A stretch of 32,000 bases of DNA from Candidatus Kuenenia stuttgartensis. GTDB lineage: Bacteria; Planctomycetota; Brocadiia; Brocadiales; Brocadiaceae. The stretch covers positions 540,001 to 572,000 of the forward strand of contig NZ_LT934425.1 in assembly GCF_900232105.1 (NCBI RefSeq). Reading direction: 5' to 3'. Position numbers and translations under genes: made by a program. The notes beneath the pieces are model-generated. The model saw nothing but the letters and a program-made list of their open reading frames with translations, made no database searches and was not told the DNA's origin. Positions 1 through 9,099 of this stretch are shown here, piece after piece (the first letter of the stretch is position 1; each line of letters begins with the position of its first letter).

Positions 1-5
1 TATCC

Positions 6-1708
6 GTACTACTATCCATCAATTTCTTGTTTTTTATGCGTGTTTTTCATGCCGCCATTTCCGTAAGTGCTTTAATATCAAGGGCTGAAGCGGTCATCAG
101 TGAACAAGAGAACTTCTGGCCTTTCTCCGTCAAAACATAGCGGTTGGCCCTCGGAACTTTGCGGATTAGACCGTGTGCCCGCAGCATCTTTATCCGTCGG
201 GTCGTTCGTCCGGAATATTTCTTTTGCTGATCCTTGCCGGATTGTTCGGATTCCCGGTAAAGCCACTTACGCAAATCATGGTTGCGGAATCCATTTATCG
301 CGTTTTCGCCTTTGGACAGGAACATCAGCATCTGGTAATCATCCTGCTGCCAGGGATTCAAACCTCGATACCTCTTGCCCTCTTTGACAACCTTGTTACA
401 AGCGCTGCTCACCACTTCTTTCAGTTTCTCCTCTACCTGAGCCGCCGCCAAAGCATCCCCATAACGATCATTGCATTGTTGGCTCACCTCACACCGTCGA
501 TGAAGATCGCTTACGCCCTTACGCATCTTCTGCCATGACGCCGGTTTGCCTTCATCATCATTGGGACTCCGAAAGACCTTAAAGTCCCGCGTATTATTGA
601 TCGTTGTCTCAATACGCAAGAGACTACCGCTCTTGTTATACATCTTCACTGAATTATAATTCACACTGTGCTTGACCCGTATACCTTCATAGCGTCTTCG
701 ATAGTCGCTGATAACCTCATCAGGGGCAGCGCCTGCAAGGTTACGCCTACCCAAATACTTCATCACCGAAGAACTGTCGCAAACCCGCATCGCATGATGA
801 ACAAACGATGGAAACAACTCCTCCAATGCCTCAACCGATTTAAACATGATGTCCGTCGCCCACTCCGTCTCATCCGCAGACCAGTAATACTCCGGTTCCA
901 ACGGACGAAGAATCTGCGACAATGCCGGGCAACTGCCCAACGCAAGCCCGTTCAGCAGCTTCGCCCAGTCAGTCTTAAGCTGCTCATGGAGCAGAACCTG
1001 CGCAGCCGCAATATCCTCTATACGCACAAAACAGTTGCCGTCCTTAACATAATCAATACCTTGCTTCTGAAGTTGCCGCTCCAGCCAATGACGACCATTG
1101 AGACAAATGAAAATATTAAACGGCGCCCAACTCTGGATACGAACATGACCAAAACCAAACACTGGATCGTTAAAATAATGATACACAAAGACACACTTGC
1201 GGGGCGCCATTACCAACTCGAGCTTCTTGCTGGCCTTGTTGCCCTTGACCATCGGCGCAATACAAGGCTCTACCACACTCAACAGGCAGATGGAACCTTC
1301 CGTAATCCTCTTATCCGCCGCGATCTGGCGAGCCAACTTCTCCTTATCAACACCGCTGCTCATCAAATACCGCACCTCGATACCCAAATCTTTCGCCCGC
1401 GATTCACAACTGTCTCGCACCTGTGCCGTAAGCCCATTGACCCAACCGGAAAAATCCTTAAGCAGAATTCTCGCTTGGTTCATGAATGTTCCCATCCCAC
1501 GCTCACTGGCCAACCACCGCAATGTCCCGCGAAAACGAATCCTGTCCAGACCGCTTATTGCACCCACGATCCTGTCTCGATATAATTCCATCAACTTATT
1601 CATAAGTAGTGTCCTCCAAATTGTCTGATTACTATTTACGAGGATACTACTATACTTTATAATAAACTAAAAATCACCTTTTTGGTTGCGGCCAAAGGCC
1701 GCGCTAGG
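6..1708 (-). mobile_element. Repeated single-ORF unit, copy 1 (candidate unclassified insertion element)
   Basis: Positions 6..1708 match 22202..23904 at a constant offset of 22196 with no indel detected. One SNP seen (T197 vs C22393). Sequence diverges abruptly outside both ends. Confidence 0.75.
47..1603 (-). CDS. 518-aa protein of unassigned family encoded by the duplicated unit; winged-helix-like C-terminus (LRRIKMLRAHGLIRKVPRANRYVLTEKGQ-like)
   Basis: Long ORF, duplicated with identical translation at 22243..23799. The C-terminal sequence resembles a winged-helix segment. Family and activity not recognised. Confidence 0.8.
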   Translation of the reverse strand: MNKLMELYRDRIVGAISGLDRIRFRGTLRWLASERGMGTFMNQARILLKDFSGWVNGLTAQVRDSCESRAKDLGIEVRYLMSSGVDKEKLARQIAADKRITEGSICLLSVVEPCIAPMVKGNKASKKLELVMAPRKCVFVYHYFNDPVFGFGHVRIQSWAPFNIFICLNGRHWLERQLQKQGIDYVKDGNCFVRIEDIAAAQVLLHEQLKTDWAKLLNGLALGSCPALSQILRPLEPEYYWSADETEWATDIMFKSVEALEELFPSFVHHAMRVCDSSSVMKYLGRRNLAGAAPDEVISDYRRRYEGIRVKHSVNYNSVKMYNKSGSLLRIETTINNTRDFKVFRSPNDDEGKPASWQKMRKGVSDLHRRCEVSQQCNDRYGDALAAAQVEEKLKEVVSSACNKVVKEGKRYRGLNPWQQDDYQMLMFLSKGENAINGFRNHDLRKWLYRESEQSGKDQQKKYSGRTTRRIKMLRAHGLIRKVPRANRYVLTEKGQKFSCSLMTASALDIKALTEMAA

Positions 1709-1735
1709 AATTTAGTGGACTTAGATAATAGAAAT

Positions 1736-1773
1736 TTTTAAATTTTGAATTACCGGTAATTCAAAATTTAAAA
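1736..1773. repeat. 38-bp perfect palindrome centred on ACCGGT
   Basis: ttttaaattttgaattaccggtaattcaaaatttaaaa equals its own reverse complement. Confidence 0.85.
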
Positions 1774-1783
1774 TTAAACATTT

Positions 1784-1995
1784 CGTAACACTTTTGTTTT
1801 TTGAGAAATTTAGGGAGACACAAAAACAATGTAGCTCATGTAGCCCCGTTATGGGCGATCTGTTTGTAGCGCAATAAAATTCCACCATGGTAAATAGCTC
1901 CGTAGGAGCGGCCTGTATAGAATTGACAGGAAGACAGGCCGCTCCTGACGGAGCTTATAGGGCATACGTTTTTCAAAAGACTAAAGTGTTACAAT
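1784..1995 (+). repeat. MITE-like intergenic repeat, copy 1, with terminal inverted repeats (GTAACACTTTTGTTTTTTGA / TCAAAAGACTAAAGTGTTAC) and an internal hairpin
   Basis: Imperfect terminal inverted repeats. Internal stem AGCTCCGT(C)AGGAGCGGCCTGT at 1896..1955. A related copy lies in reverse orientation at 5607..5850. Confidence 0.65.
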
Positions 1996-2465
1996 ATTTC
2001 TATAATGCTTTTGGCAGTATTTCTCTTTATCGGAGAGTAGCTGATTTTAACCCTGACAGAGTTTGGAACTCTGTCAGGATTACGTAATAGCCTAATAAGA
2101 ATGGATAGCCATTTTACCGATTTACTGACGTTACTAAGTAATTGCAAATGCACAATTCGTTAGATAATTTTAAATTTTAAAATTGCAAATCTGATTACAT
2201 TTTGTATAATTTGGCAATCCATTTTGTTAAGATACTTACTATATATCGACTTCTACTATAACTTTGCGCAACATCCACTATCTCATCCTGTTGCAGGTGG
2301 AATTACAGAGCCTTACGATTCAAATTCCATAAGATTAGCAAGATAATCTATCATACTTTTCATATATATTGTACTTCCCTGAGTGATGTCACCGTTTTGC
2401 TCTCTAAGAGAACAACTAACAACTGTAACAAAGCAATTGCGGTTTAATGATACTAAATAAATGTT

Positions 2466-3728
2466 TTGGATATGACAAAAATTACGCACCTATACGGGAT
2501 TACAGTGAATAACCTGACAAGACATTTAAAAACTATATTAATCGTATGCCTTTGGGCAGTTATTTTTCCCGCTTCCCTTTCAAGCATTTACGCCTTCGAT
2601 AATGATAGATTAGATCTCACTATCACCCGGTTCCTTGATGCTCTTTCCTATAAATACAAAGGATTCGATATAAAGATTACAGAGGTTTCAGTTAAAGAAA
2701 CATTTGATGACAACATTACATATGCCAACAAGAATGAAAAGGAAGACTTCATCACAAATGCCCGACTCGGGCTAGGGGTAAATTACGAAGGGAAAACCAG
2801 GACATTTGAACTAACCGGTGACATTGGCTATCAGGCCTTTACAAAAAATTCTAATTTCAATAATATCACCCAACACATAAATTTAAATTTCAAAAATGAG
2901 TTTTCAAAACGTGACCGCATAAACCTGAAAAATGTCCTTACACACATCGAAGCGCCCTCCTCGGATGAAGAAGGTTTTACCTCGCAGCAATTTGGGAGGT
3001 CAAGGGGACGATTTGAATTTTTTCAGAACAAGTTTGACATAAATTACTCAAACGATATTGCCAAACAGATTTCTCTCTTTGTAAAATACGCCAACGAGAT
3101 AAACATATTTCCGGGATCAAACAGGTCAAATTCTTTTCTAAATAAACCAGGCATGGGTCTAAGTTATTTGTTTCGTCCCACCAAAACTATTTTTTTGTTT
3201 TCATACGACTTCACCAGTGTACAATTTGAAAATGACCAGGATGCCACAATACACACCATCGGACCTGGCATAAGACAATATATAACAAAAAAACTTTTTT
3301 TTGATGGGGGAACGGGGGTAGATTTTATCGATTCTTTTGACGACGAAAACCTCACCAAACCCTTTGTTAAGACATCGCTGACATATATCGTAGACGAAAG
3401 GACTCGTGCAAGACTTTCGTTTGACAAAAAATATACAACAAGCCCTTACTTTGCGGACATCTTTAATAACTGGCGTACTTCCGCTTCTTTAACAAGACAA
3501 ATGTTAGAAAGACTTGTTTGTTCCTTATCAATTTTTTATGGTGAGGGTGAATATGTTTCCTCGTCCTTTGAACAAAGACTGTTGGGGGTAAATTCCTCAC
3601 TAAACTACGATATTAGCAGAAACTTAAAGGGAAGTTTGGCATACACTTATTCACAATTAGGTTCTAATTCTGAAACTGCCGAATATTCAAAAAATACCAT
3701 ATTCCTGGGATTAACCGCGGGGTTTTGA
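2466..3728 (+). CDS. Outer-membrane beta-barrel protein (porin-like / polysaccharide-system-associated type)
   Basis: 420 aa. Hydrophobic N-terminal segment (TILIVCLWAVIFPASLSSIYAFD), then many alternating amphipathic strands, ending in a C-terminal Phe typical of BAM substrates. Confidence 0.6.
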   Translation: MDMTKITHLYGITVNNLTRHLKTILIVCLWAVIFPASLSSIYAFDNDRLDLTITRFLDALSYKYKGFDIKITEVSVKETFDDNITYANKNEKEDFITNARLGLGVNYEGKTRTFELTGDIGYQAFTKNSNFNNITQHINLNFKNEFSKRDRINLKNVLTHIEAPSSDEEGFTSQQFGRSRGRFEFFQNKFDINYSNDIAKQISLFVKYANEINIFPGSNRSNSFLNKPGMGLSYLFRPTKTIFLFSYDFTSVQFENDQDATIHTIGPGIRQYITKKLFFDGGTGVDFIDSFDDENLTKPFVKTSLTYIVDERTRARLSFDKKYTTSPYFADIFNNWRTSASLTRQMLERLVCSLSIFYGEGEYVSSSFEQRLLGVNSSLNYDISRNLKGSLAYTYSQLGSNSETAEYSKNTIFLGLTAGF

Positions 3729-4451
3729 GATGATAAACTGGCGCCTATCCTGGTAGGCATATGGAAGAGGCAATATAAAAGATTTCAACGAATGGATGAG
3801 GCTTGATTTATAGTATATTTACAATTAGTGGTTATTTTTGCCCGATTATGAAATTCTTTTAAAAGCTACACTGGTTGTATTTTTTGGAATAGGTGCGAAA
3901 TAATTCCAATTTTATATTAAAGTCTTTCCCGAATAAATATAGTAGCTACAATATTAACCCAGACAGGTTCACTCATTAGAAGGCTTTTGTCAAGGACAAA
4001 ATATCTCCGGTCGCAAAAATATCTACATTTTCACGTTTTGAATACCCCTCCAAGTACGGAATCGCTCTTACTGCTGTTTACGAAAATGACTATACCGTTC
4101 ACGTTTATCTACGCCCGTGGTATTTCGCAATTGTTTTGGTATCGTTCTCATCCGCACCATTCACCCATCGGGATCAAGGCTTTGTGAAAGACTTTCTCAC
4201 CGCCCCTGACTTATCTTCTGTCCCAGAAAACCATCGGTTCCATACCAGTGTCCAATCGTTATTCACAGAATATTCGGCTCTACGGCCAAAACCTCACGGC
4301 TCATGGTATGGGCAGATCAGAATGGAATATTCTTTTTCGCCGATTCCTTTACCGGCACAACTCATAATAAAAGGTGGAACAACTTCCAATCAGGTTTCAT
4401 GGATTGGTTACCTAACCCGCAACCGGTTCCTTGCACCACCTAATCTGCTTG

Positions 4452-5468
4452 CTACCCAAACATTTTTTTCTCGTCGTAGTTTACTTGCTCCTTTATTATG
4501 TAATAACATGCCCTGGCCAGCTTATTGCTCAAGGCTTTCGTTGCCAGAACTACATGGCTCTTTGACGCCTTCCTCTGATGCCATTTCCTTCCCTTTTCGC
4601 AAAATCTTACGTGAAAATGCGCTGCCTCCACATACGCCCACGCAAGGTATTTATTCCCGTTCTTACGGTTTCCTTTCCCTTTGCTCTTACCATTCGATAA
4701 TTTTTTTGCCGATACGCATCTGCAATAAGATGAATACATCCCCACATCACTAAATCGCTCTATGTTCCCAGTCTCCAGCATTATCGTCATTGCCAGGATT
4801 TCGCCTATCCCTGGCACCTTGAGCAATTTCTTATACGGCTTCTTTAGCTTCACCTCCTTTAATACCGCTTTCTCTATCTTGTATATCTGCTTATTTAATA
4901 CCTCTATTACCTCGTGATCGCACTGTGCTGACATGGTCAAATGCACGTCGCTGAACATCCCCATTACCTCTTCGTTACTCAGCTTCTTTATCGTATCACC
5001 GCTTATCGGTACTCCTTTGTTACGGTTTACCATCGTTTGCATACTCAATATATGCGCTGTCCTTTGTTGTACCAACATCATCCGCTTCCTCAGTAAATCC
5101 CTCACTGACCGCGTCTCTTTGGGATAAATATATCCCTCTGGTAATATCTTTAACCGTAACATCTTTGCCAACCAAAACGAATCCCTCGTGTCGTCAATGT
5201 ACTTTAATCCCTCATACTGCTGCATTGCCGATGTATTTGCCAGGTGTACCTGATAGCCTGCCTCCATCAGACCATCCACTATCCAGTACCAGTTAAAGGT
5301 CGATTCTACTACTATACCCTTTATTTCTTTTTTGTATGGCTCTAATACGCGCTTTATTTCATTGATGTCATTACGGTTTCTCCTCTTGAATACCTTCCGA
5401 TCCTCCTCATCGAGTATTCCAATATAATTATTATCACCATGTAAATCTATTCCTACGAAATATCCCAT
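4452..5468 (-). CDS. IS110-family transposase
   Basis: N-terminal GIDLHGDNNYIGILD (RuvC-like DEDD start). C-terminal transposase_20-like segment LLKVPGIGEILAMTIMLETGNIERF...YSSYCRC. Start placed at the ATG (MGYFVGIDLH) preceded by AGGAGGGAG; the ORF track start is 5504. Confidence 0.85.
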   Translation of the reverse strand: MGYFVGIDLHGDNNYIGILDEEDRKVFKRRNRNDINEIKRVLEPYKKEIKGIVVESTFNWYWIVDGLMEAGYQVHLANTSAMQQYEGLKYIDDTRDSFWLAKMLRLKILPEGYIYPKETRSVRDLLRKRMMLVQQRTAHILSMQTMVNRNKGVPISGDTIKKLSNEEVMGMFSDVHLTMSAQCDHEVIEVLNKQIYKIEKAVLKEVKLKKPYKKLLKVPGIGEILAMTIMLETGNIERFSDVGMYSSYCRCVSAKKLSNGKSKGKGNRKNGNKYLAWAYVEAAHFHVRFCEKGRKWHQRKASKSHVVLATKALSNKLARACYYIIKEQVNYDEKKMFG

Positions 5469-5606
5469 TGCTCGCTCCCTCCTTACTTTGTTATTATTTA
5501 ACAATCGCCTTTCACGGTATCCTCCATTTTACCATGAAGAGTGCGCTCGGAGGTGCCTTCTATATGATTATCAGGTTTGTAACCCAATGTCATTAAGTTA
5601 AGAATT

Positions 5607-5850
5607 ATTGTAACACTTTGGTTTTTTAAAAAAACGTATTACCGATAAGCTCCGTAGGAGCAACCTGTTTGTAGATAGGATACCATACTCCGTCAGGAGC
5701 GGCCTGTCTTCCTGTCAATCATATACAGGCCGCTCCTACGGAGCTATTTACCTGTTGAATTTTATTGCGCTACAAACAGACCGCCCCTAAAGGGGCTACA
5801 TTGTTTTTTATGTCCCCTTGGATTTTTCAAATAACTAAGGTGCTATGAAT
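5607..5850 (-). repeat. MITE-like intergenic repeat, copy 2 (inverted relative to copy 1)
   Basis: Aligns to the reverse complement of 1784..1995. Shared segments include ctccgtcaggagcggcctgtcttcctgtcaat...acaggccgctcctacggagctattta and gaattttattgcgctacaaacaga. Hairpin at 5688..5744. Confidence 0.6.
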
Positions 5851-5911
5851 TATTTGATCAAAAACAACCCCCCTTTTCCTCCCTTAATAAACTGGGGATG
5901 ACCCATATTTT

Positions 5912-8218
5912 TTGCTGGACACCGTGTTAACCGTATGTTACACTGTGTACATGCATAGAGTAGGAGGTCGAATATTTTCAGATGATGTAATAAAGCGTTT
6001 ATCAGAAACTATCCAAAAGGAACCGTGCCTATCGCGTCGTAAACTGTCGCGTCTGGTATGTGAATGGATGGACTGGAGGAATCAAGCGGGCCGTTTGCAA
6101 GAGATGAGTTGTCGCAAGGCGTTGTTGGAATTGGATCGTCGTAAAGAGATCAATCTTCCAAAGGTTAACAGGCATTATGCATTTCAAAAAGTCAATAAAC
6201 CTGCGGAGGCGCCTCCGATTGCGGAAGTGTCATGCGAGCTAGCGGAGTTGGGGGACGTAGAGATTATACGGGTTACAACGAGAATCAATTCGAAACTTTG
6301 GCGTAGCATGTTAGAAGCGCATCATTATCTTGGAAGTGGGCCCCTATGCGGGGCGCAACTTAGGTATCTTGTACGCAGTGAACATTACGGATGGATAGGA
6401 GGGCTAAGTTATAGTGCCTGTGCCAGACGGGTGGAAAGTCGCGACGAGTGGATAGGATGGACTGAGGAAGCACGTAAGCGGAATCATACGTTTGTTATCA
6501 ATAACAGTAGGTATTTAATAGCGCCTACGGTAAGAGTAAAATGTTTGGCATCGCATGTATTGGCAAAATGCCAAACACGTTTGGTAGATGATTGGGAAAG
6601 AGTGTATAAATATCGTCCTGTACTTTTAGAAACCTATGTGGAACGAGGACGGTTTTCCGGAAGCTGTTATCGGGCAGCTAACTGGAAGTATGTAGGAGGC
6701 ACGGAAGGTCGAGGGCGAAAAGGAACAGGTGCAACGGTCAAAGACGTTTATGTTATGCCGTTGCAAAAGAAATGGCAGGCGGTGTTGTGTTGTTGTGCCG
6801 ATGGCAAAGTACATGTTCGCCAAAGAGTGGCACAAAAAGAGCCTCGGGATTGGATAGAGGCGGAACTTGGAGGAACAAAATTGGGCGATGCACGATTGAC
6901 ATCAAGACTTTTAGAAATGACAGGTATGTTTTATGACAAACCTTTGGCAAACATTCCGCAGGCGTGCGGCTCAGTCAGTGCGACTAAGGCTGCATACCGA
7001 TTCCTTGACAATGAGAATGTAGATTGGAAGGCGATATTGCAAGCTCATTATGAGGCCACGGAAGAGCGTGTGAAGGAGAATAGTTTGGTTTTGGTAGCGC
7101 AAGATACTACGACTCTGAATTATAGCACACATCCGAATACGCAGGGGTTAGGACCGATAGGTACTAAGAGTGAAAAAGTTCGTGGACTGATGGTGCATGA
7201 TACGATGGCGTTTACTGAAAGTGGTACACCCTTGGGACTTCTGAATGTGCAATGCTGGGCGCGGGACGGAATAGGCAGCAAACATGAACGACACAAGAAG
7301 CCTATCGAAGAGAAGGAAAGCTGGAAATGGGTGGAGAGTTACCATGCAGTATCGCAAGTACAGAAACGCTGTCGAAACAAATCTTTACTGGTGGTTGTGG
7401 CAGATCGTGAGGCCGATATTCACGAGGTATTCGCTGAGCAGTATAATACGCCTGATGGCGCTCAGTTGCTGATCCGCGCAGAACGTTCGCGCAATAGAAA
7501 GGTTGTTGATGATAAAGAATCATGCGAGTTTTTGTGGACTAAACTGGAACAGCAACCGGTTATAGGTACCCGCGAAATATTGATACCTCCGAGTGAGAAA
7601 CGCTCCGCACGTCAGGCAATACTTATGGTACGAACGATGCCTGTTACGCTGTGCCCACCTATGCTAAAAAAGAATATGCCTGCGGTCAGGGTGTGGGCGG
7701 TGCTGGCGCAGGAAGTCAATCCGCCTATCGGAATTGATGGGTTAGAATGGATGCTGTTAACCACAGTTGCGGTTAAGCAAGAAAAAGATGCTTACGAACG
7801 TTTGGAATGGTATGCTCGCCGATGGGGTATTGAGTGTTATCATCGTATTATCAAGAGCGGTTGTCGTGTCGAGGCCCGGCAGTTGGAGAGTGCTCGTCGT
7901 CTGTGCAACGCTTTGGCCATTGATATGATTATAGCTTGGCGTATCCATTACCTGACTACTTTAGGACAAGAAACACCTGATGTCCCTTGTACTGTCTACT
8001 TCAGCGATTCTGAATGGAAAGCATTGACAACTTTTGCGAACAAGGTCAAGGAGCCTCCTGATTTACCTCCAAGCCTCAATGATGCCGTGCGGCTTTTAGG
8101 TAAACTTGGCGGTCATCTGGGTCGCCGTGGTGATGGCCATCCCGGAAGTGAAGTACTTTGGCGAGGCATGTCACGTTTGGCTGATATTGAAGTTGCTTAC
8201 GAACTTTACACCACTTAG
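5912..8218 (+). CDS. Fusion protein: N-terminal DUF4338 (DruA-like) domain plus C-terminal IS4/Tn5(IS50)-type DDE transposase
   Basis: 768 aa. N-terminal part: HHYLGSGPLCGAQLRYLVRSEHYGWIGGLSYSACARRVESRDEWIGW...RYLIAPTVRVKCLASHVLAK...LLETYVERGRFSGSCYRAANWKYVG. C-terminal part: DTTTLNY (D codon 7103), ADREAD (D codon 7403), and Y-(2)-R-(3)-E-(6)-K as YARRWGIECYHRIIK (7811..7855). Likely start is the ATG at 5951. Confidence 0.85.
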   Translation: MLDTVLTVCYTVYMHRVGGRIFSDDVIKRLSETIQKEPCLSRRKLSRLVCEWMDWRNQAGRLQEMSCRKALLELDRRKEINLPKVNRHYAFQKVNKPAEAPPIAEVSCELAELGDVEIIRVTTRINSKLWRSMLEAHHYLGSGPLCGAQLRYLVRSEHYGWIGGLSYSACARRVESRDEWIGWTEEARKRNHTFVINNSRYLIAPTVRVKCLASHVLAKCQTRLVDDWERVYKYRPVLLETYVERGRFSGSCYRAANWKYVGGTEGRGRKGTGATVKDVYVMPLQKKWQAVLCCCADGKVHVRQRVAQKEPRDWIEAELGGTKLGDARLTSRLLEMTGMFYDKPLANIPQACGSVSATKAAYRFLDNENVDWKAILQAHYEATEERVKENSLVLVAQDTTTLNYSTHPNTQGLGPIGTKSEKVRGLMVHDTMAFTESGTPLGLLNVQCWARDGIGSKHERHKKPIEEKESWKWVESYHAVSQVQKRCRNKSLLVVVADREADIHEVFAEQYNTPDGAQLLIRAERSRNRKVVDDKESCEFLWTKLEQQPVIGTREILIPPSEKRSARQAILMVRTMPVTLCPPMLKKNMPAVRVWAVLAQEVNPPIGIDGLEWMLLTTVAVKQEKDAYERLEWYARRWGIECYHRIIKSGCRVEARQLESARRLCNALAIDMIIAWRIHYLTTLGQETPDVPCTVYFSDSEWKALTTFANKVKEPPDLPPSLNDAVRLLGKLGGHLGRRGDGHPGSEVLWRGMSRLADIEVAYELYTT

Positions 8219-8364
8219 CCTTCAGCTCAATTGGCCGTACAACTACGGTGCTCTTGAAATTTGTGGGTAAAGATTAGCTTTATTAAGGGGGACTTTTGCG
8301 GCCGTTTGTTTAACTTAATGACATTGGTTTGTAACCTGATGAACCCTTAGTTTATTTGGCAAAT

Positions 8365-8490
8365 AGCGCTCTATAGTATTACCTTGTAAAAACTTCTTTT
8401 TTTGTAAGTTTTTCTTCGTGCCCTTTGTGCTACGTGTTCTCATGGTGGTTAAACATTTTTTGGTTGCAGTTTTGCTGCGCTATGTATTTA
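8365..8490. repeat. Dispersed intergenic repeat, uninterrupted copy
   Basis: tattaccttgtaaaaacttctttttttgtaagttt...gtggttaaacattttttggttgcagttttgctgcgctatgtattt is also found split around the element at 22202..23904. Confidence 0.65.
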
Positions 8491-8652
8491 ATGGCGAAAT
8501 CCTTCCTGCTAGCAGTGTCAGATACCAATATAAAACGTGGAGTTCAAGTTGCAAACTTGAACCCGCCATGAAGGCTAATTGGCAATTCATCACCGAAAAG
8601 GCCGGGATAAAACTATCTTGTCTCTATCAGGCACTTGAGAGTTGACGAGACA

Positions 8653-9090
8653 TTATTGAGAATTGTCCACGAAGTTTATAACTTTCCAAATAGTATCTCC
8701 TGTTTTACTTTTCCCTTCTTTGAGTTGAACTTTTGTAACACCTTGATATCCGTCAGGAAAGCGAACTCTCGTATCAACGAATACCATTTCCTCCGATTTC
8801 ACAATTTTTCTTACCTGGAATATAGCATCACGATAGAAATTTCTAAGAAAATTTGGATATTCCTTGTTTTGTTCTAATAAGACTTTATTTTTTTCATACA
8901 CATCGTCAGAAATGTACTCTTTTATTGCATCAACATCACCATTTTTGAAAGCCCGAAAAAGAGGAACAAATGTATCACTCTTAACATTTTTATATAACAA
9001 ATCGCTCCTTGAAATCTCTTGGGCATTTAGTATATTAAATGAAACACAAACGAAAAAAACAAACCATACAAAAAAAGCCACTCTCATCAT
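8653..9090 (-). CDS. Small exported protein of unknown function, possibly NTF2/DUF4878-like
   Basis: 145 aa. Signal peptide MMRVAFFVWFVFFVCVSFNILNAQ, upstream AGGAGG, 9 nt downstream of the giant ORF. Confidence 0.65.
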   Translation of the reverse strand: MMRVAFFVWFVFFVCVSFNILNAQEISRSDLLYKNVKSDTFVPLFRAFKNGDVDAIKEYISDDVYEKNKVLLEQNKEYPNFLRNFYRDAIFQVRKIVKSEEMVFVDTRVRFPDGYQGVTKVQLKEGKSKTGDTIWKVINFVDNSQ

Positions 9091-9099
9091 TTTCCTCCT

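Larger units (their letters stand above)
5570..8342 (+). mobile_element. IS4-like element bounded by imperfect inverted repeats (5570..5601 and 8312..8342)
   Basis: Left end atcaggttTGTAACccaatgtcattaagttaa. Reverse complement of right end atcaggttACAAAccaatgtcattaagttaa. The transposase ORF lies between them. No obvious target-site duplication. Confidence 0.6.

Noticed and set aside
4136-4753. 205-aa + strand ORF overlapping the IS110 gene
   Set aside because: Begins at a non-ATG codon, over a third of it is antisense to the transposase, and there is no recognisable domain. Only the unexplained upstream part is kept as a low-interest finding.
5912-8218. Complete Druantia anti-phage system
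   Set aside because: Only a DUF4338/DruA-like domain is present, fused to a transposase. No DruE-type helicase or other Druantia genes are adjacent.
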